Of a DNA stretch of 38,198 bases, positions 1-7,730 are shown piece by piece. The notes beneath the pieces were generated by a model. The model made no database searches. It was not told the DNA's origin and was given only the letters and a program-made list of their open reading frames with translations. Each line of letters opens with the position of its first letter. Position 1 is the first letter of the stretch. The stretch is from contig JAIROU010000281.1 in NCBI GenBank assembly GCA_031257375.1, positions 1 to 38,198 on the forward strand. Reading direction: 5' to 3'. The translations under genes and the position numbers were made by a program. This DNA comes from Bifidobacteriaceae bacterium. GTDB taxonomy: Bacteria > Actinomycetota > Actinomycetes > Actinomycetales > WQXJ01.

Positions 1-151
1 CCTGGCATGCTACGGTCCCCTCGGCTTTTCAGCCATCAGGTAAGCCATCAGACCCGCCTACCTCCTTCCGAGTAGGCCCCCGCTGAACGGGGGATATCGC
101 CATGCGCCTCGTGGCGCACGGGAGACGCTCTACTACTACCGCGAGGAGGCG

Positions 152-544
152 ATGCTGCTGACCGGTTTTTGGGCGCTGATCGCCCTGGCGGTGGCGGTGG
201 CGATGCTGAACCTGGCCATCACGGCGATCGACCGGGCCAAGGAGCGCCGCCCCGTCCTGGCCCGCCAGTTCGCCCTCGGGGTGCCCGCGCCGGTCCTGCG
301 CCGGGCGCAAGCTTTGCAGGTGGCGGCCCCGCTGGTGGGCGCGATCAGCCTGGGCGCGGTGGGCGGCGGCGCGATCTTGGCCTGCTACTGGCTGCCCGAT
401 TGGCGCCGCGGCTACGTGGACGTGCCCTGGCCGCAGTTGGGCCTGGCCCTGGGCGCCGCGCTCCTCGGCGCCGCCCTGGTCGTGGCCGTGACCATGCCCC
501 TGACCCGCGTCCACCTGACCCCGGAGACCTTGCGCCGCGAGTGA
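152..544 (+). CDS. FtsX-like permease C-terminal domain protein (short, possibly a gene fragment)
   Basis: 130-aa ORF with hydrophobic helices and an FtsX-type loop pattern (LNLAITAIDRAKERRPVLARQFALG...). All three + frames hit stops within the first ~90 nt of the window (in-frame TAA at 41..43), so no long N-terminal part is attached. Confidence 0.4.
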   Translation: MLLTGFWALIALAVAVAMLNLAITAIDRAKERRPVLARQFALGVPAPVLRRAQALQVAAPLVGAISLGAVGGGAILACYWLPDWRRGYVDVPWPQLGLALGAALLGAALVVAVTMPLTRVHLTPETLRRE

Positions 545-553
545 GTGGCGGGT

Positions 554-3238
554 TTACGGCTGGAGGGTGGCGGAGACCAGGTCGATTGTTTCGGTGTCCG
601 ATGCCGCCAGGGTCAGTTGGTGCGCCCGCGCGGCGGCGGTTATGTCGGCTTTGGCGGCTACCGCGGCCGGGGCCAGGGCGGCCGGGACGGCGACGGTGGC
701 GGCGGCCAACTCGGTTCGCATGGAGACTTTGGCCTCGGACTTGGCTTTGCGAAGCGCGCCCAGGACGCCTCCGGCGACGGCCAAAACGGCCCGGTCGCCG
801 GGTTCGGGCAGGCCCAGCGGGTCGGGCCAGGGCTGGCGGTGGACAGACTGGCCGGCGGCGTGCCACCAGGACCAGACTTCTTCGGTGGCGAAGGGTTGGA
901 AGGGCGCGAACAGGCGCAGCAGGACTGACAGGGCCAGGCCCAGGGCGGCGCGGGCCGAGGCCTCGCCCACGGCCCCGGCGGCGCCGTTGACGCGGGCTTT
1001 GACCAGTTCGATGTAGTCGTCGCAGAAGGTCCAGAAGAAGGTCTCGGTCACTTCCAGGGCGCGGGTGTGGTCGTAGTTCGCCAGCGCCTCGGTGGCGGCT
1101 TCGACCACGGCGTTTAGATTGGCCAGCATCGAGCGGTCGAGCGGCTCGGTCACCAGGGCCGGGTCGAGTGTCAGCGGGGCGCCCGGCCGATCGGGCGGAC
1201 TGGTCTCAGGGCCGGCGGCCAGGAAGGAGAGGGAGAACTTGGAGGCGTTGAGGATCTTGATCGCCAGGCGGCGGCCGACCTTCATCTGGCCGGGCTCGAA
1301 AGCCGCGTCGGTGCCGAGGCGGGCCGAGGCGGCCCAGTAGCGGACGGCATCGGACCCGTGCTGCTCCAACAGGCCCATCGGCGTCACCACGTTGCCCTGC
1401 GACTTGGACATCTTCTTGCGGTCCGGGTCGAGGATGAAGCCGGAGATGGCGGCGTCCTTGAAGGGCAGCGAGCGCTGCTCCAGATCGGCCCGGACGACCG
1501 TGGCGAACAGCCAAGTGCGGATGATGTCCTGGGCCTGCGGGCGCAGATCCATCGGGAAGGTTGACTCGAACAGGGCCGGGTCGTCGCGCCAGCGGGTGGC
1601 GATCTGGGGGGTCAGGGACGAGGTCGCCCAGGTGTCCATGACGTCCGGGTCGGCGATGAAGCCGCCCGGCTGGCCGCGCTGGTCCGGCCGGTAACCGGCC
1701 GGGGTGTCGCTGGCCGGGTCGACCGGCAGCCGGTCCTCGGGCGGGGTGATCGGCCGGTCGTGGACCGGGTGGCCGAACTGGTCCACCGGGTACCAGACCG
1801 GGAACGGCACGCCGAAGAAGCGCTGGCGCGAGATCAACCAGTCGGAGTTCAGGCCCTCGACCCAGTTCTGGTAGCGCACCCGCATGAAGTCGGGGTGCCA
1901 GGTCAACTCGTCGCCGCGGGCCAGCAGCCGGGCGCGGAGCGCCTCGTCGGCGCCGCCGTTGGTCAGATACCACTGGCGGGTGGGGATGATCTCGAGCGGT
2001 TTCTCGCCCTTCTCGAAGAACTTGACCGGGTGTGTGATCGGCTGCGGGTCGCCTTCCAGATCGCCCGATTGGCGCAGCATCTCCACCACCCGGCGGCGGG
2101 CCGAGAAGACCGTCAACCCGGCCAACTCCTGGTAGGCCGCCTTTCCGGCGGGGGAGTCGACGCCCATCGGCGGCTCCGGCAGAATCCGCCCGTCCCAGCC
2201 CAGGATCGCCCTGGTGGGCAGGTGCAGTTCGCGCCACCAGATGACGTCGGTGACATCGCCGAAGGTGCAGACCATGGCGATGCCGGAGCCCTTGTCGGGC
2301 GTCGCCAGCCGGTGTGCCACCACCGGGACCTCGGCTCCGAACAGCGGCACCTTGACGTGGCGGCCGAACAGCGGCTGGTAGCGCTCGTCGTCCGGATGGG
2401 CGACCAGGGCGACGCAGGCCGGCAGCAGTTCCGGGCGGGTGGTCTCGATGTGGATGGCGGGGCTGGGGGCCGGGGCGGCGGCATCGGGCAAGATTGGGTC
2501 CGTCAACGCGAAGGCGACCCGGTGGTAGGCGCCGGGCTGGTCGCGGTCGACCAATTCGGCCTGGGCGACGGCCGTGCGGAAGGTGACGTCCCAGAGCGTC
2601 GGGGCCAACTGCTGGTAGGCCTCGCCGCGGGCCAAGTTGCGCAGGAAGGCCAACTGCGAAGTGGCGCGGGCGTGGGCGTCGATCGTCTGGTAGGTCTGCG
2701 ACCAGTCGACCGACAGGCCGAGGCGGCGCCAGAGGGCTTCGAACTGCTTCTCGTCCTCGGACGAGAGGCGTTCGCACAACTCGACGAAGTTGCGCCGCGA
2801 GACCGGGACTTGGTCGGCGGCTTTGGACGCTTTGGCCCCCTGGCCGCCCGCTTGGCCCTGGCGGGGCGGGCTGAAATCTGGGTCGTACGGCAGCGACGGG
2901 TCGCAGCGGACGCCGTAGTAGTTCTGGACCCGGCGCTCGGTCGGCAGGCCGTTGTCGTCCCAGCCCATCGGGTAGAACACGTTCTTGCCGCGCATCCGTT
3001 CGAAGCGGGCGATGATGTCGGTGTGGGTGTAGGAGAAGACGTGGCCGACGTGCAAGGAGCCGGAGACGGTGGGCGGCGGGGTGTCGATCGAGAAGACCTC
3101 GTCGCGCCGGGCGCCTGGCTCGAAGGCGTAGGCGCCCTGGGCGGACCAAGCCCGGTCCCATTTTTCCTCGAGCCCGTCGAGGCTCGGCCGCTCCGGTACG
3201 GCGGGACGCAGGTGGGAGGTGTCATGGTGTTGGCTCAC
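554..3238 (-). CDS. valS: valine--tRNA ligase
   Basis: 894-aa ORF with class I aaRS signatures HVGH (PPTVSGSLHVGHVFSYTHTD) and KMSKS (RKKMSKSQGN). The N-terminus (PSLDGLEEKWDRAW) and the GWDDNGLPTE block match the ValRS form I recall from many Actinobacteria. GTG start preceded by GAGAGGATAGG. Confidence 0.92.
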   Translation of the reverse strand: MSQHHDTSHLRPAVPERPSLDGLEEKWDRAWSAQGAYAFEPGARRDEVFSIDTPPPTVSGSLHVGHVFSYTHTDIIARFERMRGKNVFYPMGWDDNGLPTERRVQNYYGVRCDPSLPYDPDFSPPRQGQAGGQGAKASKAADQVPVSRRNFVELCERLSSEDEKQFEALWRRLGLSVDWSQTYQTIDAHARATSQLAFLRNLARGEAYQQLAPTLWDVTFRTAVAQAELVDRDQPGAYHRVAFALTDPILPDAAAPAPSPAIHIETTRPELLPACVALVAHPDDERYQPLFGRHVKVPLFGAEVPVVAHRLATPDKGSGIAMVCTFGDVTDVIWWRELHLPTRAILGWDGRILPEPPMGVDSPAGKAAYQELAGLTVFSARRRVVEMLRQSGDLEGDPQPITHPVKFFEKGEKPLEIIPTRQWYLTNGGADEALRARLLARGDELTWHPDFMRVRYQNWVEGLNSDWLISRQRFFGVPFPVWYPVDQFGHPVHDRPITPPEDRLPVDPASDTPAGYRPDQRGQPGGFIADPDVMDTWATSSLTPQIATRWRDDPALFESTFPMDLRPQAQDIIRTWLFATVVRADLEQRSLPFKDAAISGFILDPDRKKMSKSQGNVVTPMGLLEQHGSDAVRYWAASARLGTDAAFEPGQMKVGRRLAIKILNASKFSLSFLAAGPETSPPDRPGAPLTLDPALVTEPLDRSMLANLNAVVEAATEALANYDHTRALEVTETFFWTFCDDYIELVKARVNGAAGAVGEASARAALGLALSVLLRLFAPFQPFATEEVWSWWHAAGQSVHRQPWPDPLGLPEPGDRAVLAVAGGVLGALRKAKSEAKVSMRTELAAATVAVPAALAPAAVAAKADITAAARAHQLTLAASDTETIDLVSATLQP

Positions 3239-3309
3239 GGTGTCCTATCCTCTCAGACTCGGCGGGCGGCGGGCGGCGGGCCGGGGCGCGGGGTGGGGCG
3301 CGGGATGGG

Positions 3310-4482
3310 TCACCTTGTCGGCGGGTCTTGGCGGGTGATCCAGTCCGCCATGCCTAAGGCGGTGAAGTCCAGTCGGCCCCGTTCCGGAACATAGACCAAG
3401 CCCTTGTCGATCAGGGAGCGGCGGGGCGGTCCCAATGACCCGACGGGCTTGCCGAGGCGCGCGGCGAGAGCGGTGACCGGGCTGGGCGCCGGGGCCTGCT
3501 CCGCCATCGCCCGGAGCACTTCGCGCTCCGCCCTGGTGGCGCGGTCCCAACGGGCGCTGAAGAACCCTTCCAGCGCGTCGTAGCCGCGACTGATCGCCAC
3601 TTCGGCGTCATCGGGCTCGATCCGGTCGTCGGCGCCCGCTAGCCACGCCTCATAGGCGAAGGTCTGCAAGAAGAACGGGTACCCCCGGGCCTCGGCGACC
3701 ATCAGACGCGCCGCGCCGTCCGCGATCTCCACGCCGAGCCGTTCAGCTGGCCCGACCACGGCCGCCGATGCCGCCGCGTCGTCCAGGCGGCCGATGGTCC
3801 GGTAGGCGTAACGCTCCGTGTAGCTGCGCAGACGCGCCAACACCGAGGGCAGGTTCGGCAGCCCGGCGCCGATCACATAGAATGGCCAGCCTCGCTGGCT
3901 GGCCGCGTGCTGGACCCCCACCAGGGCTCCCGCCGCGACGGGCGGCAAGTCCTGAAACTCGTCCACGAAGACCGCCAGGCCGGCCCGGTCCCGCATCAGT
4001 CGGTCGGCCAGGCAATCCACGACCTCGAAGAGGCGAAGCTCGAAGTCGAAGGCCTCAGGCGCCTTGGGCCGGGAGGCGACGGTCAAGCCAGCGCCCGTCA
4101 CGCCGGCGTTCACGGAGAACGTTTCGATTGAGGCCAGTGCCCGAGCGAAGCCCGCTCGGCCGCGCCTGCGGCGGAACTTGAGCGACAGCAGGTCGAGCTC
4201 CCGCGCCGTGCGGGCGGCGACCCGCGCCTCGGCTCCCGCCCCCGTCTCGCCCTCCAAGGACAGCGCATGCCACCCAGCAGCCTCCGCGCGCTGCCGGAAG
4301 GCTCGCAGCAGCACAGTCTTGCCCACTCCTCGCAGGCCCACCAGCATCAACGGACTCGACGCCAGCCCGTGCTCCGCCCGCCCGAGAATTGTGTCGAACG
4401 CCCGAAGGTCGTCCTCCCGCCCGGCCAGCGCCGGCGGAGCCAACCCAGGACCCGGGCTGTACGGGTTCCGGGTCGCATCCAT
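3310..4482 (-). CDS. stand-alone AAA+ ATPase (Arch_ATPase/ORC-Cdc6-like) with winged-helix-like C-terminus
   Basis: 390-aa ORF with Walker A GLRGVGKTVLL, Walker B-like AVFVDEFQDL and a C-terminal tail SLIDKGLVYVPERGRLDF. GGGAGG Shine-Dalgarno lies upstream of the ATG at 4482. Confidence 0.8.
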   Translation of the reverse strand: MDATRNPYSPGPGLAPPALAGREDDLRAFDTILGRAEHGLASSPLMLVGLRGVGKTVLLRAFRQRAEAAGWHALSLEGETGAGAEARVAARTARELDLLSLKFRRRRGRAGFARALASIETFSVNAGVTGAGLTVASRPKAPEAFDFELRLFEVVDCLADRLMRDRAGLAVFVDEFQDLPPVAAGALVGVQHAASQRGWPFYVIGAGLPNLPSVLARLRSYTERYAYRTIGRLDDAAASAAVVGPAERLGVEIADGAARLMVAEARGYPFFLQTFAYEAWLAGADDRIEPDDAEVAISRGYDALEGFFSARWDRATRAEREVLRAMAEQAPAPSPVTALAARLGKPVGSLGPPRRSLIDKGLVYVPERGRLDFTALGMADWITRQDPPTR

Positions 4483-4510
4483 GATCTCCGCCTCCCTGGC
4501 TCCGCCAGCT

Positions 4511-4560
4511 TGCTAACGTTTGCTACAGCTTAATAGCAGGAATCGTAGCATCGCTTAGCA
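4511..4560. promoter_or_regulatory. AT-rich phased TGCTA / TAGCA pentamer array upstream of the AAA+ ATPase gene
   Basis: TGCTA at 4511 and 4521, and its complement TAGCA at 4534, 4546 and 4556 (10-13 bp spacing). The 60-bp stretch is far more AT-rich than its surroundings and lies 29-78 nt upstream of the minus-strand start at 4482. Confidence 0.4.
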
Positions 4561-4636
4561 ATTCTTATTGGCGGCCCGGTCGGTTGTCCCCGGCGTCCGA
4601 TGCCGCCGACCCCGGTCGCCCGCCCGGCCGTCGCCA

Positions 4637-4686
4637 CCCGGCCGAGGGTTGGGCGTCGCCCGGCCGAGGGTTGGGCGTCGCCCGGC
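4637..4686. repeat. perfect 22-bp tandem repeat, 2.3 copies (cccggccgagggttgggcgtcg)
   Basis: 4637..4658 and 4659..4680 are identical, followed by a 6-nt partial third copy. The unit length is not a multiple of 3. Confidence 0.9.
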
Positions 4687-4719
4687 TGTCGTTTGGTCGC
4701 GGCGGTAGGCTATGGGGCT

Positions 4720-5136
4720 GTGAACCGGGCCCTACGGCGCCACATTGAACAGGTCGAACGCCGCCTGGCCGCCCTTGAGGGCGCGGGGGACCAGGGCGGG
4801 CTGGACCGGTTGGCCGCCCACCATCGCGAGCAGACCCGCAACTTCCAGCATGAACGGTTGGTTCACCTGCTGGTGACCTTCTTTTTCGGCGGGTTGCTGG
4901 TGGCCGCGCTGGCCGCGTTCGGGGTCTATCTGGCGGCGGGCGACCCGGACGGTTGGACACTGGGCGGCCTGGCCGCGCTCTGCCTGGTCCTGGCCGGCCT
5001 GGAGGCCGCCTACATCGGCCACTATTACCGGCTGGAGAACAACGTCCAGGCCCTCTATGGGCTGACCGCGCGGCTGGAGCAGGCCGGGGCGGTCGCTGCG
5101 GCGGGCGAGCCGCGCGACCCGCCCGAACCGTGCTGA
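4720..5136 (+). CDS. hypothetical two-helix membrane protein
   Basis: The track ORF is 4600..5136, but its 5' part contains the non-triplet 22-bp tandem repeat. The in-frame GTG at 4720 is a more plausible start. Two hydrophobic helices (LVHLLVTFFFGGLLVAALAAFGVYL; LGGLAALCLVLAGLEAAYIG). No family recognised. Confidence 0.5.
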   Translation: MNRALRRHIEQVERRLAALEGAGDQGGLDRLAAHHREQTRNFQHERLVHLLVTFFFGGLLVAALAAFGVYLAAGDPDGWTLGGLAALCLVLAGLEAAYIGHYYRLENNVQALYGLTARLEQAGAVAAAGEPRDPPEPC

Positions 5137-5184
5137 GGGTGACAGTCTGCTGGCCGCCAGCGCCGGTGATCGCCCTGGCACGGA

Positions 5185-5202
5185 GCATACGCTAGCATAT
5201 GC
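5185..5202. promoter_or_regulatory. 18-bp imperfect palindrome (gcatacGCTAGCatatgc), possible VapB operator
   Basis: 16 of 18 positions are self-complementary around a GCTAGC core, about 40 nt upstream of the vapB start, in a locally AT-rich stretch. Confidence 0.35.
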
Positions 5203-5242
5203 CCGAACTAGTAAGAACACTGGAACACGGAGGGGTATTGCG

Positions 5243-5512
5243 ATGGCAGTTTCGGGGTCAACGCACGCCAGAGCCTCGATCTTCATGAACCGCGCCAACC
5301 AAGCTGTGCGCATTCCGCGCGAGATGGGCTTCCATGGGGCGAAAGAGGTCGAATTGCGCCGAATCGGCGACGTCATCACGATGCGGCCGGTCAAGCCGGA
5401 TTGGGGGTCATTCTTTGAGTTGCCACCCGCCGACGACGACTTTCTGGCGGTGCGTCATGACGTGGTTCAGTCGCGGCCAGCCGACCTCGGCGGAATCGGG
5501 GAGGGCGAATGA
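5243..5512 (+). CDS. vapB: type II antitoxin, VapB/VagC (AbrB/SpoVT-fold) family
   Basis: 89 aa. ASIFMNRANQAVRIPREM matches the VagC/VapB N-terminal DNA-binding motif. GGAGGGG RBS lies 8 nt upstream. The stop overlaps the PIN gene start (ATGA at 5509..5512). Confidence 0.8.
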   Translation: MAVSGSTHARASIFMNRANQAVRIPREMGFHGAKEVELRRIGDVITMRPVKPDWGSFFELPPADDDFLAVRHDVVQSRPADLGGIGEGE

Positions 5513-5934
5513 CCGCGCCCGCCCTGTACATGCTGGACACCAACATCTGCTCGTTCGCCATGCGGCACCATGCGGCGGTGCGGGACCGCCTGATCGGCTG
5601 CGCCGAGCGGGGCGACCAGGTGGTGATCTCCGCCATCGTCTACTCGGAATTGAAAGACGGCGTGCTCGGCCCGAAAGCGCCGGCCAAGCTCGCGCCGTTG
5701 TTGACCGATTTCCTGCGGCGCTTGGACGGGGTTCTGGCCTGGGACCAAGCCGCCGTCGACCGGACGGCCGGGATCCGGGCGGACCTGCGGGGCAAGGGTG
5801 AGCCGATCAGCCCCAACGACTCGGCCATCGCCGGCCACGCGCTGGCCGTCGGCGCCATCCTGGCGACCAACAACGTCAGGGAATTCGGCCGGGTGGCGGC
5901 GCTCCGGCACGAGGATTGGACCGCGCGCGGCTGA
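5509..5934 (+). CDS. vapC: type II toxin VapC (PIN-domain ribonuclease)
   Basis: 141 aa. YMLDTNICS, SELKDG, PNDSAIAGHA and ATNNVREF follow the canonical PIN acidic-residue layout. Translationally coupled to vapB. Confidence 0.9.
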   Translation: MTAPALYMLDTNICSFAMRHHAAVRDRLIGCAERGDQVVISAIVYSELKDGVLGPKAPAKLAPLLTDFLRRLDGVLAWDQAAVDRTAGIRADLRGKGEPISPNDSAIAGHALAVGAILATNNVREFGRVAALRHEDWTARG

Positions 5935-6031
5935 AGCCCCCGACCGGCGCGGGGCGGCCGCGGTCGCGGAACCGAACCCGGAACGCCGCGAGACTGGCCC
6001 GCCTGGGTCCGAAAGCCAGGCTGTGAGGGTC

Positions 6032-6075
6032 GTCCTTGTCGGGTCCTTGCCGGTGCTTGCCAGGTCCTTGCCGGG
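6032..6075. repeat. four tandem degenerate decamers (TCCTTGCCGG-like, 10-11 bp period)
   Basis: gtccttgtcgg / gtccttgccgg / tgcttgccagg / tccttgccggg read directly from the sequence, about 85 nt upstream of the second antitoxin gene. Confidence 0.7.
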
Positions 6076-6157
6076 GGCGCCTGGGCACTTTAGGCCCGGT
6101 GCCGTCCCCGCCCGCCGGGCTGTCGGCGCGCCCAGGGACCAGTGGTAACCTCTAAGC

Positions 6158-6412
6158 ATGAGTGGCACAGGAGTCATGACGGTGGGAGACAAGGGGCGCG
6201 TTGTCATTCCCCAGGCTGATCGGGAGCGCTGGGGCTTCACGCCCGGCACCAAGCTTGTCCTGGTTGAAACGCCCGAAGGCCCGCTCCTTTTGACCCGAGA
6301 ACAGCTATTGGACCGCGTCCGTGCGGACTGCGCCGGTCACAGCGAAATGCTGGCCTGGTTGTTCGCGGAGCGGCGGGCTGCGGCCAAGGCCGAGGACGAG
6401 GGCAGAGGGTGA
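6158..6412 (+). CDS. AbrB/MazE/SpoVT-family antitoxin
   Basis: 84 aa. VGDKGRVVIPQADRERWGFTPGTKLVL is a SpoVT-AbrB swapped-hairpin motif. The stop overlaps the downstream GTG (GTGA at 6409..6412). An alternative start is the ATG at 6176. Confidence 0.8.
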   Translation: MSGTGVMTVGDKGRVVIPQADRERWGFTPGTKLVLVETPEGPLLLTREQLLDRVRADCAGHSEMLAWLFAERRAAAKAEDEGRG

Positions 6413-6774
6413 AGGTCCTGGACGCCTCGGCAGTTTTGGCCTTCTTGTTGCGGGAACCGGGTTGGCAGGCCGTCGAGAGGGCGCTTGGCGAAGGCGCGGC
6501 CTGCGGCGCCGCCAACTACTGCGAGGTCGCCCAGAAGATGCTCATGGCGGGCAGAGATTGGGACGCGGCACGCGAATTGCTGCGGCTATATCAAGTGTCG
6601 GTCGCGCCAGTCACGGTGGAGGACGCCGAATGGGCGGCCCGCCGCTGGCGGCCCGGCGAGAGCCTGCCGTTGGCCGGCCGCCTCTGCCTGGCCCTGGCGA
6701 CCCGATTGGATTGCCAAGCCCTGACCGCAGATCGCGCCTGGGGCACTGGTCCTCCCGTCAGACAAATCCGCTGA
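6409..6774 (+). CDS. vapC: PIN-domain toxin (VapC family), possibly catalytically degenerate
   Basis: 121 aa. MKVLDASAVLAFLLREPG...CEVAQKM...LTADRAWG is typical of the AbrB-partnered VapC subfamily. The usual LSLGDRACLALA block reads LPLAGRLCLALA (Gly where I expect Asp). Confidence 0.8.
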   Translation: MKVLDASAVLAFLLREPGWQAVERALGEGAACGAANYCEVAQKMLMAGRDWDAARELLRLYQVSVAPVTVEDAEWAARRWRPGESLPLAGRLCLALATRLDCQALTADRAWGTGPPVRQIR

Positions 6775-6828
6775 GCCGCCGCGGCGGGCCTTGTGAGAAC
6801 CAAGTCGGAAGCCCGATCGCGAAAACGC

Positions 6829-6857
6829 TTGACAAGCCGAGGGGGGGGGCATAGTTG
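6829..6857 (+). promoter_or_regulatory. sigma-70-like promoter candidate with a G9 tract in the spacer
   Basis: Perfect TTGACA at 6829..6834, G9 homopolymer at 6841..6849, and -10-like CATAGT at 6850..6855 (or TAGTTG). It lies about 90 nt upstream of the GTG at 6944, which has an AAAGGAG RBS at 6931..6937. Confidence 0.45.
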
Positions 6858-6943
6858 CTTCCGGTCTTGCGCGGTCCCGTCCATCGCCGTCGCTGGCCGA
6901 TGGGCGGCAGGTTGGTTGGCGGAATGACTGAAAGGAGCCCGTC

Positions 6944-7447
6944 GTGGGGCAGTGTCCACATTACAAAGGCAATCTAGTGTGCGGAGCGACGAATCGGAGC
7001 ATAAGCACCTACATCCGGGACAACACCTGCTACAAGAGCTACGACCGATGCGTGGATTACAAGAGGTCGAGTTCCAGCGGGCTGTGCTATTTGACCTCCG
7101 CCTGCATGGAGGCGCTGCAAGACGAGTTCGATGACGATTGCCACGAATTGACCGAGCTGAGGCGTTTTCGCGATGAATACGTGACGGCGACCCACCCCGC
7201 TGCCGTGGCCCGCTACTACGAGGTGGCCCCCCAAGTGGTGTCAAGAATCGAGGAGCGCGAAGACAGCGAGGCCATCTATCGGGCGATGTACGAGGACATG
7301 GTGCTCCCGACCATCACGTTGTTCCTGGACGGCAAGCCGGAGAATGCGTACCGGGTCTACAAGACCTACAGCGACGCCCTCGAGGAGAGGTTCGTCTCAG
7401 CAGCAAGACAGTCCGCCAAGAGTGACGATGCGCCTCGCCACGAGTAG
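6944..7447 (+). CDS. hypothetical Cys-rich small protein (zinc-ribbon-like N-terminus plus a C..T.AC / DDC.EL..LR.FRD.Y module)
   Basis: 167 aa with GTG start and a strong RBS. GC is lower than the flanks. The N-terminus holds 5 Cys (CPHYKGNLVC...C...C). It is followed by CYLTSACMEALQDEFDDDCHELTELRRFRDEYV...YYEVAPQVV, a pattern I recall from small uncharacterised proteins of Firmicutes and others (recollection only). Confidence 0.6.
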   Translation: MGQCPHYKGNLVCGATNRSISTYIRDNTCYKSYDRCVDYKRSSSSGLCYLTSACMEALQDEFDDDCHELTELRRFRDEYVTATHPAAVARYYEVAPQVVSRIEEREDSEAIYRAMYEDMVLPTITLFLDGKPENAYRVYKTYSDALEERFVSAARQSAKSDDAPRHE

Positions 7448-7730
7448 CTCGCAGGTCGGAGATGATCCCGATGCCGGCGTCGATGTGGCACTTGTCGGCG
7501 ACGATTGGCAGGCCGCGGGCGGCCCCGGGGCAGGGCGCGGGCAGCAGATGGTGTTGGGCGGGCGGCGGCCAAGTCGTGGGATTTGCCTGGGGACGCCGGG
7601 GAAGTCCACATGGACCCAAACAAGACCAATTGAGGTTGTGATGTTGCGGATCAAGCGCGAATACCATCGCCACGAGCAAGAGAGGACGGTTAGCCAACTT
7701 GTTTGTTGATAACACTGGAAGGAGTGAAGC

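Noticed and set aside
7450-7620. GC-rich patch between the first two island genes. Its minus-frame translation contains ...GLPIVADKCHIDAGIGI..., faintly like the ADKGYD block of IS5-type transposases.
   Set aside because: The similarity is a few residues only, and I cannot support a transposase call without a database search. It is recorded only as compositional mosaicism.
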